A stretch of 64,000 nt of DNA from an uncultured Actinomycetes bacterium (lineage in GTDB: Bacteria; Actinomycetota; UBA4738; JBBDHU01): positions 15,179-79,178 of the forward strand of contig CAZXFL010000001.1 in assembly GCA_964640385.1 (NCBI GenBank). Direction: 5' to 3'. Of the stretch, positions 46,691 through 56,195 are shown one piece after another. The translations under genes and the position numbers were made by a program. The notes under the pieces are model-generated. The model made no database searches and was not told where the DNA came from. It was given only the letters and a program-made list of their open reading frames with translations. The stretch's first letter is position 1, and each line of letters begins with the position of its first letter.

Positions 46691-47749
46691 GTGACGAACG
46701 CGACGGTCTACATGATCGGGGCCCTCGGCCTTTGGGCGGGGATCGTGGTCCCCCTGGCCGGGTGGGTCATCGTCCGGGCAGCCAAGGATCGCTCATGGGG
46801 CTGGCTCGCGCTGACGGTCGTCCTGGTCGCACTCGGAGTCCTGCCGGCCACGGTCGCCGTGATCGTCTACCCGATCATGGCTCATCGGCGTGTCCCGTTC
46901 CGTCTCTGGGTTGCGGTCGTGTGGATCGAGATCTTCGTGATCCTCGCGGCCCTCTTCACCCTGACCGGCTTCGACCTCGCCTGGATGCAGGAATACGGTC
47001 CCTACATCGTCAAGGGCCTGTGGGTGACGATCCTGATCGCACTCGGCGCGATCATCCTCGCCTTGATCCTGGCCCTCCTCGGGGCCCTCGGCCGTCTCTC
47101 GCGCAATCCGATCGCGTACGGCGTGGCAGGCTTCTACACATCCTTCTTCCGCGGTACACCCTTGATCGTGCAGCTCTTCCTCATCTACCTCGCACTTCCG
47201 CAGATGGTCCAAGGCCTCGATCTCCCGAGCGGGATCCAGGATCTCTTCCTCTTCGACGCCGTCGTCGCGGGGATCCTCGGTATCGGGCTGAACTACGGCG
47301 CGTACATGACCGAGATCTTCCGCGCCGGGATCGAGTCGGTGAGTCACGGCCAGCGTGAGGCTGCCGAGGCACTCGGGATGAGCTACCGCCAGACCATGCG
47401 CCGCGTCGTGCTTCCGCAGGCCTTCCGCGTCATCATCCCCCCCACGGGCAACGAGTTCATCGCCATGCTGAAGGACACCGCCCTCGTCAGTTTCCTCGGC
47501 GCAACCATCGAGTTCACCGAGATCTTCCGCCTCAGCCAGCTCTACGGGAAGGCAGACTTCAAGAACCTCGAAGCGTATGTCCTGGTCGCAGGGATGTACT
47601 GGATCCTGACGGCCATCTTCTCCTTCTTCCAAGCCAAGCTGGAGAGACGGATGGGCCGGGGCTACGTGCGGGCCGCGGCGGAAGCGGCGGCAGAGGGTGG
47701 CCTCGTGGTGTCGGCCGGACACCCCCGCGGCCAGGCGGGGCTCCACTGA
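46691..47749 (+). CDS. amino acid ABC transporter permease (with N-terminal TM extension)
   Basis: HisM/GlnP-type permease with the EAA-like loop ([22 protein letters not shown]). The extra N-terminal region holds about four TM helices. Confidence 0.75.
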   Translation: MTNATVYMIGALGLWAGIVVPLAGWVIVRAAKDRSWGWLALTVVLVALGVLPATVAVIVYPIMAHRRVPFRLWVAVVWIEIFVILAALFTLTGFDLAWMQEYGPYIVKGLWVTILIALGAIILALILALLGALGRLSRNPIAYGVAGFYTSFFRGTPLIVQLFLIYLALPQMVQGLDLPSGIQDLFLFDAVVAGILGIGLNYGAYMTEIFRAGIESVSHGQREAAEALGMSYRQTMRRVVLPQAFRVIIPPTGNEFIAMLKDTALVSFLGATIEFTEIFRLSQLYGKADFKNLEAYVLVAGMYWILTAIFSFFQAKLERRMGRGYVRAAAEAAAEGGLVVSAGHPRGQAGLH

Positions 47750-48504
47750 TGCCGGAGCCGGTCGTCCGTGTCGAGCATCTGGGCAAGTCCTTCGGGAACC
47801 TCGAGGTGCTCAGCGATATCAACATCGAAGTCCAGCAGCGTGAGGTCATCGTCATCTTCGGCCGATCCGGGTCGGGAAAGTCGACCCTCCTGCGCTGCAT
47901 CAACTTCCTCGAGGAACCCACGTCGGGAGCGATCGAGGTCGACGGCGTCCGTGTCGACGCGGCCGCTCATCGCAACCGGCACGCGCGGGAGACCATCAGA
48001 GGTCTCCGCACCCACGCAGGCATGGTTTTCCAGGAGTTCAATCTGTTCCCCCACCTGTCGGTCCTCGAGAACATCATGAGCGGCCCCCTGATCGTCAAGA
48101 ACGCGGAGCGCTCCGAGGTCGAGCCGATGGCGCGCGAACTGCTCACCAAGGTCGGGCTGGCCGAGAAGGCCGACGAATACCCGATCCGGCTCTCCGGTGG
48201 TCAGAAGCAGCGAGTGGTGATCGCCCGCGCGCTTGCCATGCAGCCGAAGGTGATGCTCTTCGACGAGCCGACCTCGGCCCTCGACCCCGAGCTGATCGGC
48301 GAGGTCCTCGCCGTCATGAAGGAACTGGCCTCGGAGGGGATGACCATGCTGGTCGTTACCCACGAGATGGGGTTCGCTCGCGAGGTCGCCGACCGGCTTC
48401 TGTTCTTCCACGAGGGGGTCATCCTCGAACAAGGACCGCCGTCGGAGATCATCGCGAACCCGCAGCGCGAAGAGACGCGCAAGTTCCTCTCGGCGGTGCT
48501 GTAA
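47749..48504 (+). CDS. amino acid ABC transporter ATP-binding protein
   Basis: Walker A (GRSGSGKST), signature (LSGGQKQR), Walker B ([10 protein letters not shown]), H-loop. Overlaps the permease stop. Confidence 0.85.
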   Translation: MPEPVVRVEHLGKSFGNLEVLSDINIEVQQREVIVIFGRSGSGKSTLLRCINFLEEPTSGAIEVDGVRVDAAAHRNRHARETIRGLRTHAGMVFQEFNLFPHLSVLENIMSGPLIVKNAERSEVEPMARELLTKVGLAEKADEYPIRLSGGQKQRVVIARALAMQPKVMLFDEPTSALDPELIGEVLAVMKELASEGMTMLVVTHEMGFAREVADRLLFFHEGVILEQGPPSEIIANPQREETRKFLSAVL

Positions 48505-48509
48505 CCCCG

Positions 48510-49442
48510 TTACGGCGCCATCTGAGGGCGGGGCAACAGGCCGGACTCCTCGACGACCTTCGAGATCACCTCGGGGGCTTTGATCGAGATCAAGTGCACC
48601 CCCGCGACGCCGGCCATGTCACGCAGTTCCTTGACGATCTCGAGGCCGATCTGCACACCCTCCTCGGCTTGCTTCTCCTTCCGCGTGCCGTCCATCCGGG
48701 CGAGGAGCTCCTCCGGAACGTCGATCCCCGGGACCTGCTCAGACATGTAGTGCAGGGAGCGGGCGCTGCGTGGGATGCAGACAGACGGAAGGATGAAGAT
48801 CTTCTCGGGCAGACCGAGATCGTTGCACATCGACATGAACTCGCGCATCCGGTCGATGTTGAAGACGAGCTGCAGCTGGCAGAACTCTGCCCCGGCCTCC
48901 GCCTTCTTCGCCAGCCGGATCGGCCGGTAGTCCTGCGGCGGGGCGAACGGGTTCTCGACGCATCCGAGGAAGAAGCCGGGTCGGGCGTCGAGCTTGCGGC
49001 CGGACAGGTACGTCCCCTCGGTCCGCATGATGTCGAGGATCCGAAGCAGATGCACCGAGTCGATGTCGTAGATCGGCTTGGCCTCCGGGTGGTCACCGGC
49101 CGAGACATCGTCGCCCGTCAGGGCGCAGATGTTCTTCATCCCGAGCGCCATCGCTCCCAGGAGGTCCGCTTGCAGCGCAAGCCGGTTCCGGTCCCGGCAG
49201 ACGAACTGCACGATCGGCTCGAACCCGAGATCGACCAGCAGATGGCCGGCTGCGACGTTCTGGATGTGCGGGTGAGCGGACGAGTTGTCGGTCACGTTCA
49301 GGCCGTCGACATGCCCGCGCAGGACCTCGGTGACTTCGCGGATCGAGTCCGGGTCAGGGCTGTCCGTGGTCTCCAGCTCGGCGGTGACGACGAACGTCCC
49401 CGAGCGCAACAGCCTCTCGACATGACTCCGCGGTTCGATCAT
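48510..49442 (-). CDS. metF: 5,10-methylenetetrahydrofolate reductase (MetF, MTHFR family)
   Basis: MTHFR TIM-barrel family signatures. Paired with an MTHFR_C-like small Cys-rich protein upstream. Start set at MIEPRSH (internal Met of ORF 48510..49526). Confidence 0.75.
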   Translation of the reverse strand: MIEPRSHVERLLRSGTFVVTAELETTDSPDPDSIREVTEVLRGHVDGLNVTDNSSAHPHIQNVAAGHLLVDLGFEPIVQFVCRDRNRLALQADLLGAMALGMKNICALTGDDVSAGDHPEAKPIYDIDSVHLLRILDIMRTEGTYLSGRKLDARPGFFLGCVENPFAPPQDYRPIRLAKKAEAGAEFCQLQLVFNIDRMREFMSMCNDLGLPEKIFILPSVCIPRSARSLHYMSEQVPGIDVPEELLARMDGTRKEKQAEEGVQIGLEIVKELRDMAGVAGVHLISIKAPEVISKVVEESGLLPRPQMAP

Positions 49443-49486
49443 GGCTCCTCTTCGGTTCGGGTCGCCGATCCTCGACGGCCCCGCGC

Positions 49487-49909
49487 TCAGTGCGTCGCGC
49501 CGACCCGTTCGGCGTGAGCCCTCCATCCGTCGGGCACGACCTTATCGCGCCGCGTCACGAGGTTCTCCCACGAGCCCGTGTCCTGGAGCCGGAAGTCGAC
49601 CGGCGGGTTGATGTGCTTCATGTGGCTGCGCCAGAGCGGCATCTTGCGCGAACGCTCCCACGCCAGGACCCAGACGCAGGGCTTGTCGGGGAGGACCTCA
49701 CAGTTCCCGTTCAGCATCGTCCCGCCGCACGGGCCGTTGCGAAGGTTCTTCGGGCAGGTCATCGGACAGGTCAGACCGGTCGAGTGCAGGATGCACTGGC
49801 CGCACATCCGGCAGTCGAAGGCCACCTCCTTTCCCTTCTTCTCGAAGAGCAAGATCGCCTTGCGCAGGCCGCCGACGTGCTCAGCGGCGGGCCGTCCCTC
49901 GGGCTTCAT
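49487..49909 (-). CDS. metV: methylene-THF reductase C-terminal-domain-like zinc-binding protein (MetV-like partner of MetF)
   Basis: 140 aa with Cys clusters (CRMCGQC..., CPMTCPKNLRNGPCGG) characteristic of the MTHFR_C / MetV subunit that pairs with MetF in acetogen-type MetVF systems. Confidence 0.65.
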   Translation of the reverse strand: MKPEGRPAAEHVGGLRKAILLFEKKGKEVAFDCRMCGQCILHSTGLTCPMTCPKNLRNGPCGGTMLNGNCEVLPDKPCVWVLAWERSRKMPLWRSHMKHINPPVDFRLQDTGSWENLVTRRDKVVPDGWRAHAERVGATH

Positions 49910-49992
49910 CCCGTCGGTCCTCCCTGGTCACGACGGGCGAGCCGAGAAGGCCCGCCCGTCCCAGATTCTCGCATACGGTTCCTGACCCGGCG

Positions 49993-51177
49993 TCAGCCGC
50001 GCAGGTCCGCGGCCGGAACCTCCTTGCGCTGATCGACGAACGGGATCGCGGCGGTCTGGCCGACCAGCTTCTCCCCGTCCTCGGTCAAGACATCCAGCGG
50101 GGTACCGGGCTCGGACAGTCCGATCGGAACCCAGACGAAGCCGATGTTCTTCTCGAGGCCCGGCGAGTACACCGCGTCCGTCATGTGGCCGACCTTCTTT
50201 CCCCCGCTCAGGACGTCCCAGTACTCGGACATCTCAGCGCGAAGCTCCGGCATGTCCGGGAACTCGATGCCGACGAGCTTGCGGTCGACGCCCTTGGTGC
50301 GCAACCGCTCGAGCGCGTCCTTCCCGATGTAGTCGGCGTCCTGCTTCTCGACCAGGCGCTCGAGGCCCATCACGTGGAACGGGGTATCCGTCAACCGGAT
50401 GTCGGAGCCATAGTTGAAGATCCCCGCCTCGATGCGTCGAGCCTCGCACGGGGCGATCGGCCGGATCGCATGCTCCTCGCCCGCGGCAAGGACCGCGTCC
50501 CACAGGCGGCCACCCTCGTCGTAGCCGAGCAGGTTGATCTCGAAGCCCTGCACCGCCGTCCATCCCGTGCGGCTGATGACCACCGGGATACCGTCGATCT
50601 CGAAGTCGCCCGTCCAGTAGTACTTCAGATCGAGGATGCCGTCGCCCACCAGCTTCTCCAGTACCTTCGCGGCTTTCGCACCCTGCACCTGCATCGGGTA
50701 CACATCCGGCAGGGTCACCTGGACGTCCAACCCGGCGACCGCCGCGACGCCGAGCGCGTACAAGCCTGCGTCCGAGTCCGCCAACTGCATCCACCAGACG
50801 TTCTCCTTCGGGTGCAGCAGGACCGGGTCGTTGACGATCCCGCCGTCCGGCGCCGTGACGAGCTGGTACTTGCCCTGGTGGACCGCGACGTTCGACAGGT
50901 CGCGGCAGGTGATCATGTCGATGAGCTTGTCCGCGTCCGGGCCGCTCACTTCTACCGTCCGCTCGACGGCGACGTCCCACAGGGTGACGTCGTTGCGCAG
51001 CGCCCAGTACTCGACGACCGGATCATCGTAGTAGCCGGGGATGTACATGTGGTTGTAGATGTCGTATGCGGTGCAGCCGGCCTCGCGCGTCTTCTCGAAG
51101 TACGGCGACTTCCGGTACCACGGCCCGAAGTACAGGGTCGCGCTCTTCTCCAGCATCTCCTGACGCTCGTTCACCAT
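49993..51177 (-). CDS. GcvT-family aminomethyltransferase-like THF-dependent methyltransferase/demethylase, paralog 1
   Basis: GcvT fold signatures (SRTGWTAVQGFEI, C-terminal barrel). Stand-alone about 390 aa, like DmdA/LigM/DesA-type THF-dependent demethylases. Start at MVNERQEM. Confidence 0.75.
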   Translation of the reverse strand: MVNERQEMLEKSATLYFGPWYRKSPYFEKTREAGCTAYDIYNHMYIPGYYDDPVVEYWALRNDVTLWDVAVERTVEVSGPDADKLIDMITCRDLSNVAVHQGKYQLVTAPDGGIVNDPVLLHPKENVWWMQLADSDAGLYALGVAAVAGLDVQVTLPDVYPMQVQGAKAAKVLEKLVGDGILDLKYYWTGDFEIDGIPVVISRTGWTAVQGFEINLLGYDEGGRLWDAVLAAGEEHAIRPIAPCEARRIEAGIFNYGSDIRLTDTPFHVMGLERLVEKQDADYIGKDALERLRTKGVDRKLVGIEFPDMPELRAEMSEYWDVLSGGKKVGHMTDAVYSPGLEKNIGFVWVPIGLSEPGTPLDVLTEDGEKLVGQTAAIPFVDQRKEVPAADLRG

Positions 51178-51267
51178 CGCTTGCTCCTTACTTCCTCCGT
51201 GCGGCCGCGGGGGGCTCCCCGCGTCCGCATCCTCGCACCCCCGGTTCCCGGGGGCCAAATCCTGTGC

Positions 51268-52422
51268 TTAGCCCTTCGGAACATCCTTGCGCGGATCCAG
51301 GAACGGCAACGTCGTGGTCGTCCCGGTCAGCGTCCCGTCCGGGGACTCGATCTCGATCTGCGTGCCCGGTGCGGCTAGTTCGATCGGGAGCCAAACGTAG
51401 GCTAGGTTCTTCTCCACGCGAGGCGAGAAGCAGGCGGACGTCACGCGGCCGACCACCTCTCCCCCGCTGCGAACCGGCCAGAAGTCCACCAACCACCCTC
51501 GGAACGGCGGTCCGTCGATGAACGCGCCGGTAAGCTTGCGGCGCACGCCGTCCCGGCGCTGTCGCTCAAGGGCAGCCTTCCCGATGTAGTCGGCGTCCTG
51601 CTCCTCGACGAGGCGCTCCATACCCTCGACCTCGAAAGGCGTGTCCGTGATCCACATGTCGTTGTTGTAGTTGAAGATCCCGGCCTCCATGCGGCGGATG
51701 TCGTTGGGGGCAACGGTGCGAACCTCGTAGGGCTCCCCGGCCTGCTTGACCTTGTCCCAGAGGTCCGGCCCCCGGCTCCCGTCACGCAGGTACAGCTCGT
51801 AGCCGACCTCGCCGGACCAACCCGTCCTGCTGATGACCAGCGGGATCCCGTCCAGTTCGACCTGCCGGCACCAGTAATACTTCATGTCCAGGATGGAGTC
51901 TCCGAAGAGGTCCCGAACCACGTCCTTGGACCTCGGGCCTTGGATCTGCATCGGCGATACGTCCGGCTCACCGATGGTCACGTCAAGACCACTGTTGATG
52001 GCGACGCCCTTCGCCCAGAGCAGCGTGTCCGAGTCCGCGATGGAGAGCCAGAAATGGTCGTCGGCCAGGCGGAGCAGGATCGGGTCGTTGATGATGCCCC
52101 CGTCCGCGGCGGTGATGGGCGCGTACTTGCACTGGTCGACCTCGCACTTGGTCAGATCACGGCATGTCAGCCGGTTCGTGAACTCGAACGCATCCGGTCC
52201 GGTGACCTCCACCTGCCGCTCTACGCCGACGTCCCACATCGTGACCTTGTTGAGCAGGTGCCAGTACTCGTCGACGTCGTCCCCGTACACCGTCGGGATC
52301 AGCATGTGGTTGTAGATGTCGAAGCTCTGAACACCGTCCTCGATCGTCTTCGCGTAGTACGGCGACTTCCGGTACCAGGACGCGACGTAGAACGTGAACG
52401 TGTCTTCCTCATTGAGCGGCAT
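51268..52422 (-). CDS. GcvT-family THF-dependent methyltransferase/demethylase, paralog 2
   Basis: Homologous to paralogs 1 and 3 throughout (WYRKSPYY..., SRTGWSGEVGYEL, NLAYVWLPIELA). Confidence 0.75.
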   Translation of the reverse strand: MPLNEEDTFTFYVASWYRKSPYYAKTIEDGVQSFDIYNHMLIPTVYGDDVDEYWHLLNKVTMWDVGVERQVEVTGPDAFEFTNRLTCRDLTKCEVDQCKYAPITAADGGIINDPILLRLADDHFWLSIADSDTLLWAKGVAINSGLDVTIGEPDVSPMQIQGPRSKDVVRDLFGDSILDMKYYWCRQVELDGIPLVISRTGWSGEVGYELYLRDGSRGPDLWDKVKQAGEPYEVRTVAPNDIRRMEAGIFNYNNDMWITDTPFEVEGMERLVEEQDADYIGKAALERQRRDGVRRKLTGAFIDGPPFRGWLVDFWPVRSGGEVVGRVTSACFSPRVEKNLAYVWLPIELAAPGTQIEIESPDGTLTGTTTTLPFLDPRKDVPKG

Positions 52423-52494
52423 GCGGGCAGTCCTCCCCGGTCCGGCGCGTCGTCCACGGGCGGCGGAGACCTTCGAACCCGGATCCGATGATAG

Positions 52495-52520
52495 CCCTTG
52501 ACTGACTGGTCAGTCAAGGG
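52495..52520. promoter_or_regulatory. perfect 12-bp-arm palindrome CCCTTGACTGAC-TG-GTCAGTCAAGGG (candidate operator)
   Basis: Arms 52495-52506 and 52509-52520 are exact reverse complements around a 2-nt centre. Lies 73 to 98 bp upstream of paralog 2's start, between demethylase paralogs 3 and 2. Confidence 0.4.
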
Positions 52521-52547
52521 CTGGACCGTCCTTCTCGGACTGGACGT

Positions 52548-52585
52548 GAAGAAGGCCCCCGCCGCGAACGACGGAGGCCTTCTTC
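52548..52585 (-). terminator. GC-rich stem-loop (10-bp stem, 18-nt loop) 20 nt downstream of paralog 3's stop
   Basis: GAAGAAGGCC ... GGCCTTCTTC perfect inverted repeat. No strong U-tract, as is common in high-GC genomes. Confidence 0.35.
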
Positions 52586-52604
52586 GGCGGTTCCTGGGTA
52601 CCGG

Positions 52605-53762
52605 CTACTGCAGAGGGATCGTCTTCTTCGGGTCGACGAACGGGGTGGGAACGACCTGCGAGATCCGGTCGCCGTACGGGGTCTGCACTTCGACCTTCGT
52701 CCCCTCGCCGGCGAGTTCGATCGGCAGCCACGCGAACCCGATGTTCTTCTCGAGCCTCGGCGAGTAGATGGCCGACGTGACCTTGCCAACCTTCTTTCCC
52801 CCCTCGTGAACGTGCCACTTGGTGAAGTTCAGCTCGGGAAGCGGGTCGCCCTCGATCTCGATCCCGACGAGCTTCTTCGCGACACCCTTCTCTTTGATCG
52901 CCCGCAGCGCCGGGAGCGAGATGACCGCGTCGTCGGGAAGGTCCCAGTCGACGAGGCGCTCCAGGCCGGTGATCTCGAGCGGGCTGTTCTTCCAAGTCAT
53001 GTCGGCGCCCCAGTTGTAGATGGCGCCTTCGACCCGGCGGATGTCGACGGGACCCGTGGGCTTGATGTTGTACTTGGCCCCCGCCTCCATGATCCGCTCG
53101 TAAAGCTCAACGCCCCTGGTGCGGTCGGTTAGGTAGATCTCGTACCCGACCTCGGAGGTCCAACCTGTGCGGGTGATGACGACCGGGATGCCGTCCAGAT
53201 CCGTCTCGATGAAGAAGTAGTACTTGATGTCGAGGATCTGATCGCCGAAGACGTCCACCATCAGCTCCTTCGACCTCGGGCCCTGGATCTGCAGCGGCGA
53301 CACGTCCGCCTCCGTGACCGTCGCATCGAGGCCGTAGGCATCCGCGAGCCCCTTCGCGTAGAAGAGGACGTCGCTCGAGGCCAGGGCCAGCCAGAACTTG
53401 TTCTCGGACATCCTGGTCAGGACCGGGTCATTGAGGATGCCCCCGTCCTTCGCACAGATCAGGACGTACTTCGCCTGGCCGACCGCGCACTTCGAGAGGT
53501 CGCGCGGCGTCATCATCTGGGTCAGCTTGAATCCATCCGGCCCGTCGATCTCGACGCACCGCTCCACCGACACGTCCCAGACCGTGACGTCGTTCAGGAG
53601 CGTGTTGAGCTCATTCTCGAAGGCGTCGAAGCGGATCGGGAACAGCATGTGGTTGTAGACGGTGTAGCCCTTCGGACCGTATTTCTGCTCGGCCTCGTAG
53701 TACGGCGTCCGGCGCAACCGCGCCCCCCGTTGCACCAGCCTCATGTCGAATGATTCAGCCAT
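52605..53762 (-). CDS. GcvT-family THF-dependent methyltransferase/demethylase, paralog 3
   Basis: Same family as paralogs 1 and 2 (SRTGWTSEVGYEI, NIGFAWLPIELA), with more Lys/Ile-rich composition. Confidence 0.75.
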   Translation of the reverse strand: MAESFDMRLVQRGARLRRTPYYEAEQKYGPKGYTVYNHMLFPIRFDAFENELNTLLNDVTVWDVSVERCVEIDGPDGFKLTQMMTPRDLSKCAVGQAKYVLICAKDGGILNDPVLTRMSENKFWLALASSDVLFYAKGLADAYGLDATVTEADVSPLQIQGPRSKELMVDVFGDQILDIKYYFFIETDLDGIPVVITRTGWTSEVGYEIYLTDRTRGVELYERIMEAGAKYNIKPTGPVDIRRVEGAIYNWGADMTWKNSPLEITGLERLVDWDLPDDAVISLPALRAIKEKGVAKKLVGIEIEGDPLPELNFTKWHVHEGGKKVGKVTSAIYSPRLEKNIGFAWLPIELAGEGTKVEVQTPYGDRISQVVPTPFVDPKKTIPLQ

Positions 53763-53975
53763 CTCATACCTCCCTCGGTCTCCCTCCGGCGGACGGCTTC
53801 AGCCGACCGCACCGCTCCTAGCGACCTCAGCATGGTACACCGAACGTCCTTCGGGTTGCACTCCCAGATTCCGGGTATCGTGCGGCGCCATACCGTCAAC
53901 AGCGAACGGATGGAGGTCAGGCGGGGGGTATCTCTGCAGGTCATTCGGCACGTGGGACGGCCGGTTGGCCGACAG

Positions 53976-55628
53976 CTACCAACCGATCTCGGGGTCCGCG
54001 AAGACGGCTTCACCCTCGACCAACGTCAGGAGGGCCCGGGCGTCGCCGATCGGACCGCCGTCGGGCGCCAACAGGTTCCGGTCCGCGACCACCAGGTCCG
54101 CGTACTTCCCGGCCTCGAGTGATCCGGTGACATCGTCCTGGTGGTTCACGTAGGCGGCACCCATGGTGTAGGCGCGGATCGCTTGCTCGAGCGAGATGGC
54201 TTCATCGGGAAGCAGCGGTTCCGCCTCGGGTGCGTCACGACCGATCCGCGTCACTGCCACCTCCATCTGCAGGAACACGTTGGGCGACGAAACGCTCCAG
54301 TCGCTCCCGCCCGCCATCCGGGCGCCGCTTCGGAGCAGGCTCCCGAACGGGTAGAGCCAGCCCGACCGCTCCGGGCCCAGGATCGGGATGTTCAGGAGGT
54401 CCATCGCGGGCTCGTGGCACGCCCACAGCGGCTGCATGTTCGCGGTCACATCGAGCTGGGCGAACCGACCGATATCGTCGGGGTGAACGATCTGGATGTG
54501 CGAGATGTGGTGGCGGTGGGCGCGCCTTCCCGCCTGGCTCACGTGAGCCAATGCGTTCAGCCCGTTGCGGACCGCCCGTTCGCCGATGGCATGCATGTGG
54601 ATCTGGAAACCATCCTCATCCAGCATCGGCGCGATCTTGAGCAGCTGATCCGGGTCGATGAACTCGATGCCTCGCTCGGCCGTCGGTTTCCCATCCGGCC
54701 CGAGGTAGGGGTCGATGACGCACGCGGTCTTGTTCTCTACGATCCCATCGAGCATGAGCTTGACGGATGTCGGCCGGAAGCTCCCTGCTGCGAACGCTTC
54801 CCGTTTCTCGCGAAGGTCGTCCAGTTGCCCGAGGCCCCGCTCCGGGAACCACCAGAGCGCGCCGACGACCCGCGCGGTCAACGCTCCGCTCTCCCCGAAC
54901 TCCCGGTACACACCGAGCGCGTCCCCCCAGGAGGACTCCCCGACGATGGCGTCCTGCCATGACGTGATCCCCAAGGCGTGCAGGTACTCCTGTGCGACCA
55001 GCAACCCCCTCCGGACGTCGTCGATGGTCGGTGACGGGGCGAAGCGCCCGACGAGGTCGGCGGCGCCCTCCTGGAACATGCCGATGGGCTTCCCACCGGG
55101 GTCACGTTCGAGATACCCGTCCGGGGGATCGGGCGTGTCCTTCGTCACGCCGGCCAGTTCCATCGCCTTCGTGTTGGCCCAGGCGCCGTGGCCGTCCGAG
55201 TTCGAGAGGAAGGCAGGACGGTCCGGAACGACCGCATCCAGTTCGGCTGCGGTGGGGACGCCACCCGGGAAACTGGAGAGCCCCCACCCGCTGCCCAGGA
55301 TCCAGGGCTCGTCGGGGTGGCTCGCGGCGTAGGCCCGGACCGCCTCGAGGACCTCGTCGTGGCCTTCGACCTCGAGGAGGTCGCACCGCATGCGGTCGAT
55401 GCCGGCTATGGGCGGATGGACGTGCGCATCTTGGAAGCCGGGCAGGATCATCCGGCCGGGCAGGTCGAGCACACGGGTCGACGGGCCGCGCAGCTCGTCC
55501 ACGTCTTCGCTGGAACCGACCGCCACGATGCGGCCCCCGCGCACGGCCAGCGCCTGCGCCCAGGGTTCCGCCGGATCGACCGTGTAGACGGCCGCCCCGG
55601 TCAGGATCAGATCGGCTTCGGTGCCCAC
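53976..55628 (-). CDS. metal-dependent amidohydrolase (Amidohydro_3 family)
   Basis: 550 aa with HxH motif (GFQDAHVHPPIAG) and Amidohydro_3 C-terminal signatures. Same orientation and immediately upstream of the demethylase paralogs. Confidence 0.75.
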   Translation of the reverse strand: MGTEADLILTGAAVYTVDPAEPWAQALAVRGGRIVAVGSSEDVDELRGPSTRVLDLPGRMILPGFQDAHVHPPIAGIDRMRCDLLEVEGHDEVLEAVRAYAASHPDEPWILGSGWGLSSFPGGVPTAAELDAVVPDRPAFLSNSDGHGAWANTKAMELAGVTKDTPDPPDGYLERDPGGKPIGMFQEGAADLVGRFAPSPTIDDVRRGLLVAQEYLHALGITSWQDAIVGESSWGDALGVYREFGESGALTARVVGALWWFPERGLGQLDDLREKREAFAAGSFRPTSVKLMLDGIVENKTACVIDPYLGPDGKPTAERGIEFIDPDQLLKIAPMLDEDGFQIHMHAIGERAVRNGLNALAHVSQAGRRAHRHHISHIQIVHPDDIGRFAQLDVTANMQPLWACHEPAMDLLNIPILGPERSGWLYPFGSLLRSGARMAGGSDWSVSSPNVFLQMEVAVTRIGRDAPEAEPLLPDEAISLEQAIRAYTMGAAYVNHQDDVTGSLEAGKYADLVVADRNLLAPDGGPIGDARALLTLVEGEAVFADPEIGW

Positions 55629-55691
55629 GAGGAGGAATCCTACCGGCCCCTGCTACCCTTTCCCGGTCGAACGTCGAGGAGGCAAGAGCGG

Positions 55692-56132
55692 ATGGCGGGA
55701 CCGGAACGGCTTGAGGTGCGCTACGAGCACCTGTACGTGAAGGTGCCCGGCACCGACAAGCTGCGGAAGACAGCCGATGGCCGGCTGCGCTCCCTGCTCA
55801 CTGACGGGTGGCGCGAGATCCAGCGCACCCAGGAGACCGACTACATCCAGGTCCGGCTCGAGCGGACGGGTCACAAGCCGCCGATGCGGCGCTTGCCCTA
55901 CATCCCGCCGCAGCAGCCGCGCCAGCGGCGCGAGGGTGGATTCCGCGGCGGTGACCGTCGTGGCCCCGGTGGACCTGGTGGACCTGGTGGACCTGGTGGA
56001 CGCCCGCCGCAGGGCCAAACCGCGCCTGCGCCGACGGCCGCTGCCCCCGTGACAGCCGCTGCCCCCGTGACACCGGCTCCAGAGTCGCCGGCAGCCCCGG
56101 CTCCAGCCCCAACCCCAACGTCTTCGTCCTAG
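55692..56132 (+). CDS. hypothetical protein with Gly-Pro repeat and Ala/Pro-rich C-terminus
   Basis: GAGGAGG RBS 8 nt upstream of ATG 55692. Structured N-terminal 70 aa followed by (GGP)n and AAPVT repeats. Confidence 0.55.
   Translation: MAGPERLEVRYEHLYVKVPGTDKLRKTADGRLRSLLTDGWREIQRTQETDYIQVRLERTGHKPPMRRLPYIPPQQPRQRREGGFRGGDRRGPGGPGGPGGPGGRPPQGQTAPAPTAAAPVTAAAPVTPAPESPAAPAPAPTPTSSS
55965..56000 (+). repeat. tandem 9-nt (GGTGGACCT) repeat encoding GPGGPGGPGG
   Basis: Three or four direct 9-nt units inside the CDS. An adjacent 18-nt duplication at about 56037-56078 encodes AAPVTAAAPVT. Confidence 0.5.
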
Positions 56133-56142
56133 ACGCGAACGA

Positions 56143-56170
56143 GCCCGGCCTACCGGCCGGGCCCTTTCAT
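56143..56170 (+). terminator. intrinsic terminator-like hairpin (GCCCGGCC-TACC-GGCCGGGC followed by CCTTTCAT)
   Basis: Perfect 8-bp GC stem with a 4-nt loop and a T-rich tail. Lies between the convergent hypothetical gene and cspA. Confidence 0.45.
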
Positions 56171-56195
56171 CGCTCTGGTGGTCCTGCGCGATGTC

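Noticed and set aside
49441-49500. Apparent frame inconsistency between the displayed bases and the ORF track at the metF start / metV stop (MetF N-terminus translates with a stop if the line is read literally)
   Set aside because: Flanking coordinates before 49440 and after 49500 agree with the track. It is most likely a one-base display or reading offset within one 60-nt line rather than a real frameshift. I followed the ORF track.
55965-56080. Short direct repeats (9-nt x3-4 and 18-nt x2) considered as a CRISPR or other non-coding repeat array
   Set aside because: Units are too short, lack regular spacers, and are in-frame within a CDS encoding Gly-Pro and AAPVT peptide repeats.
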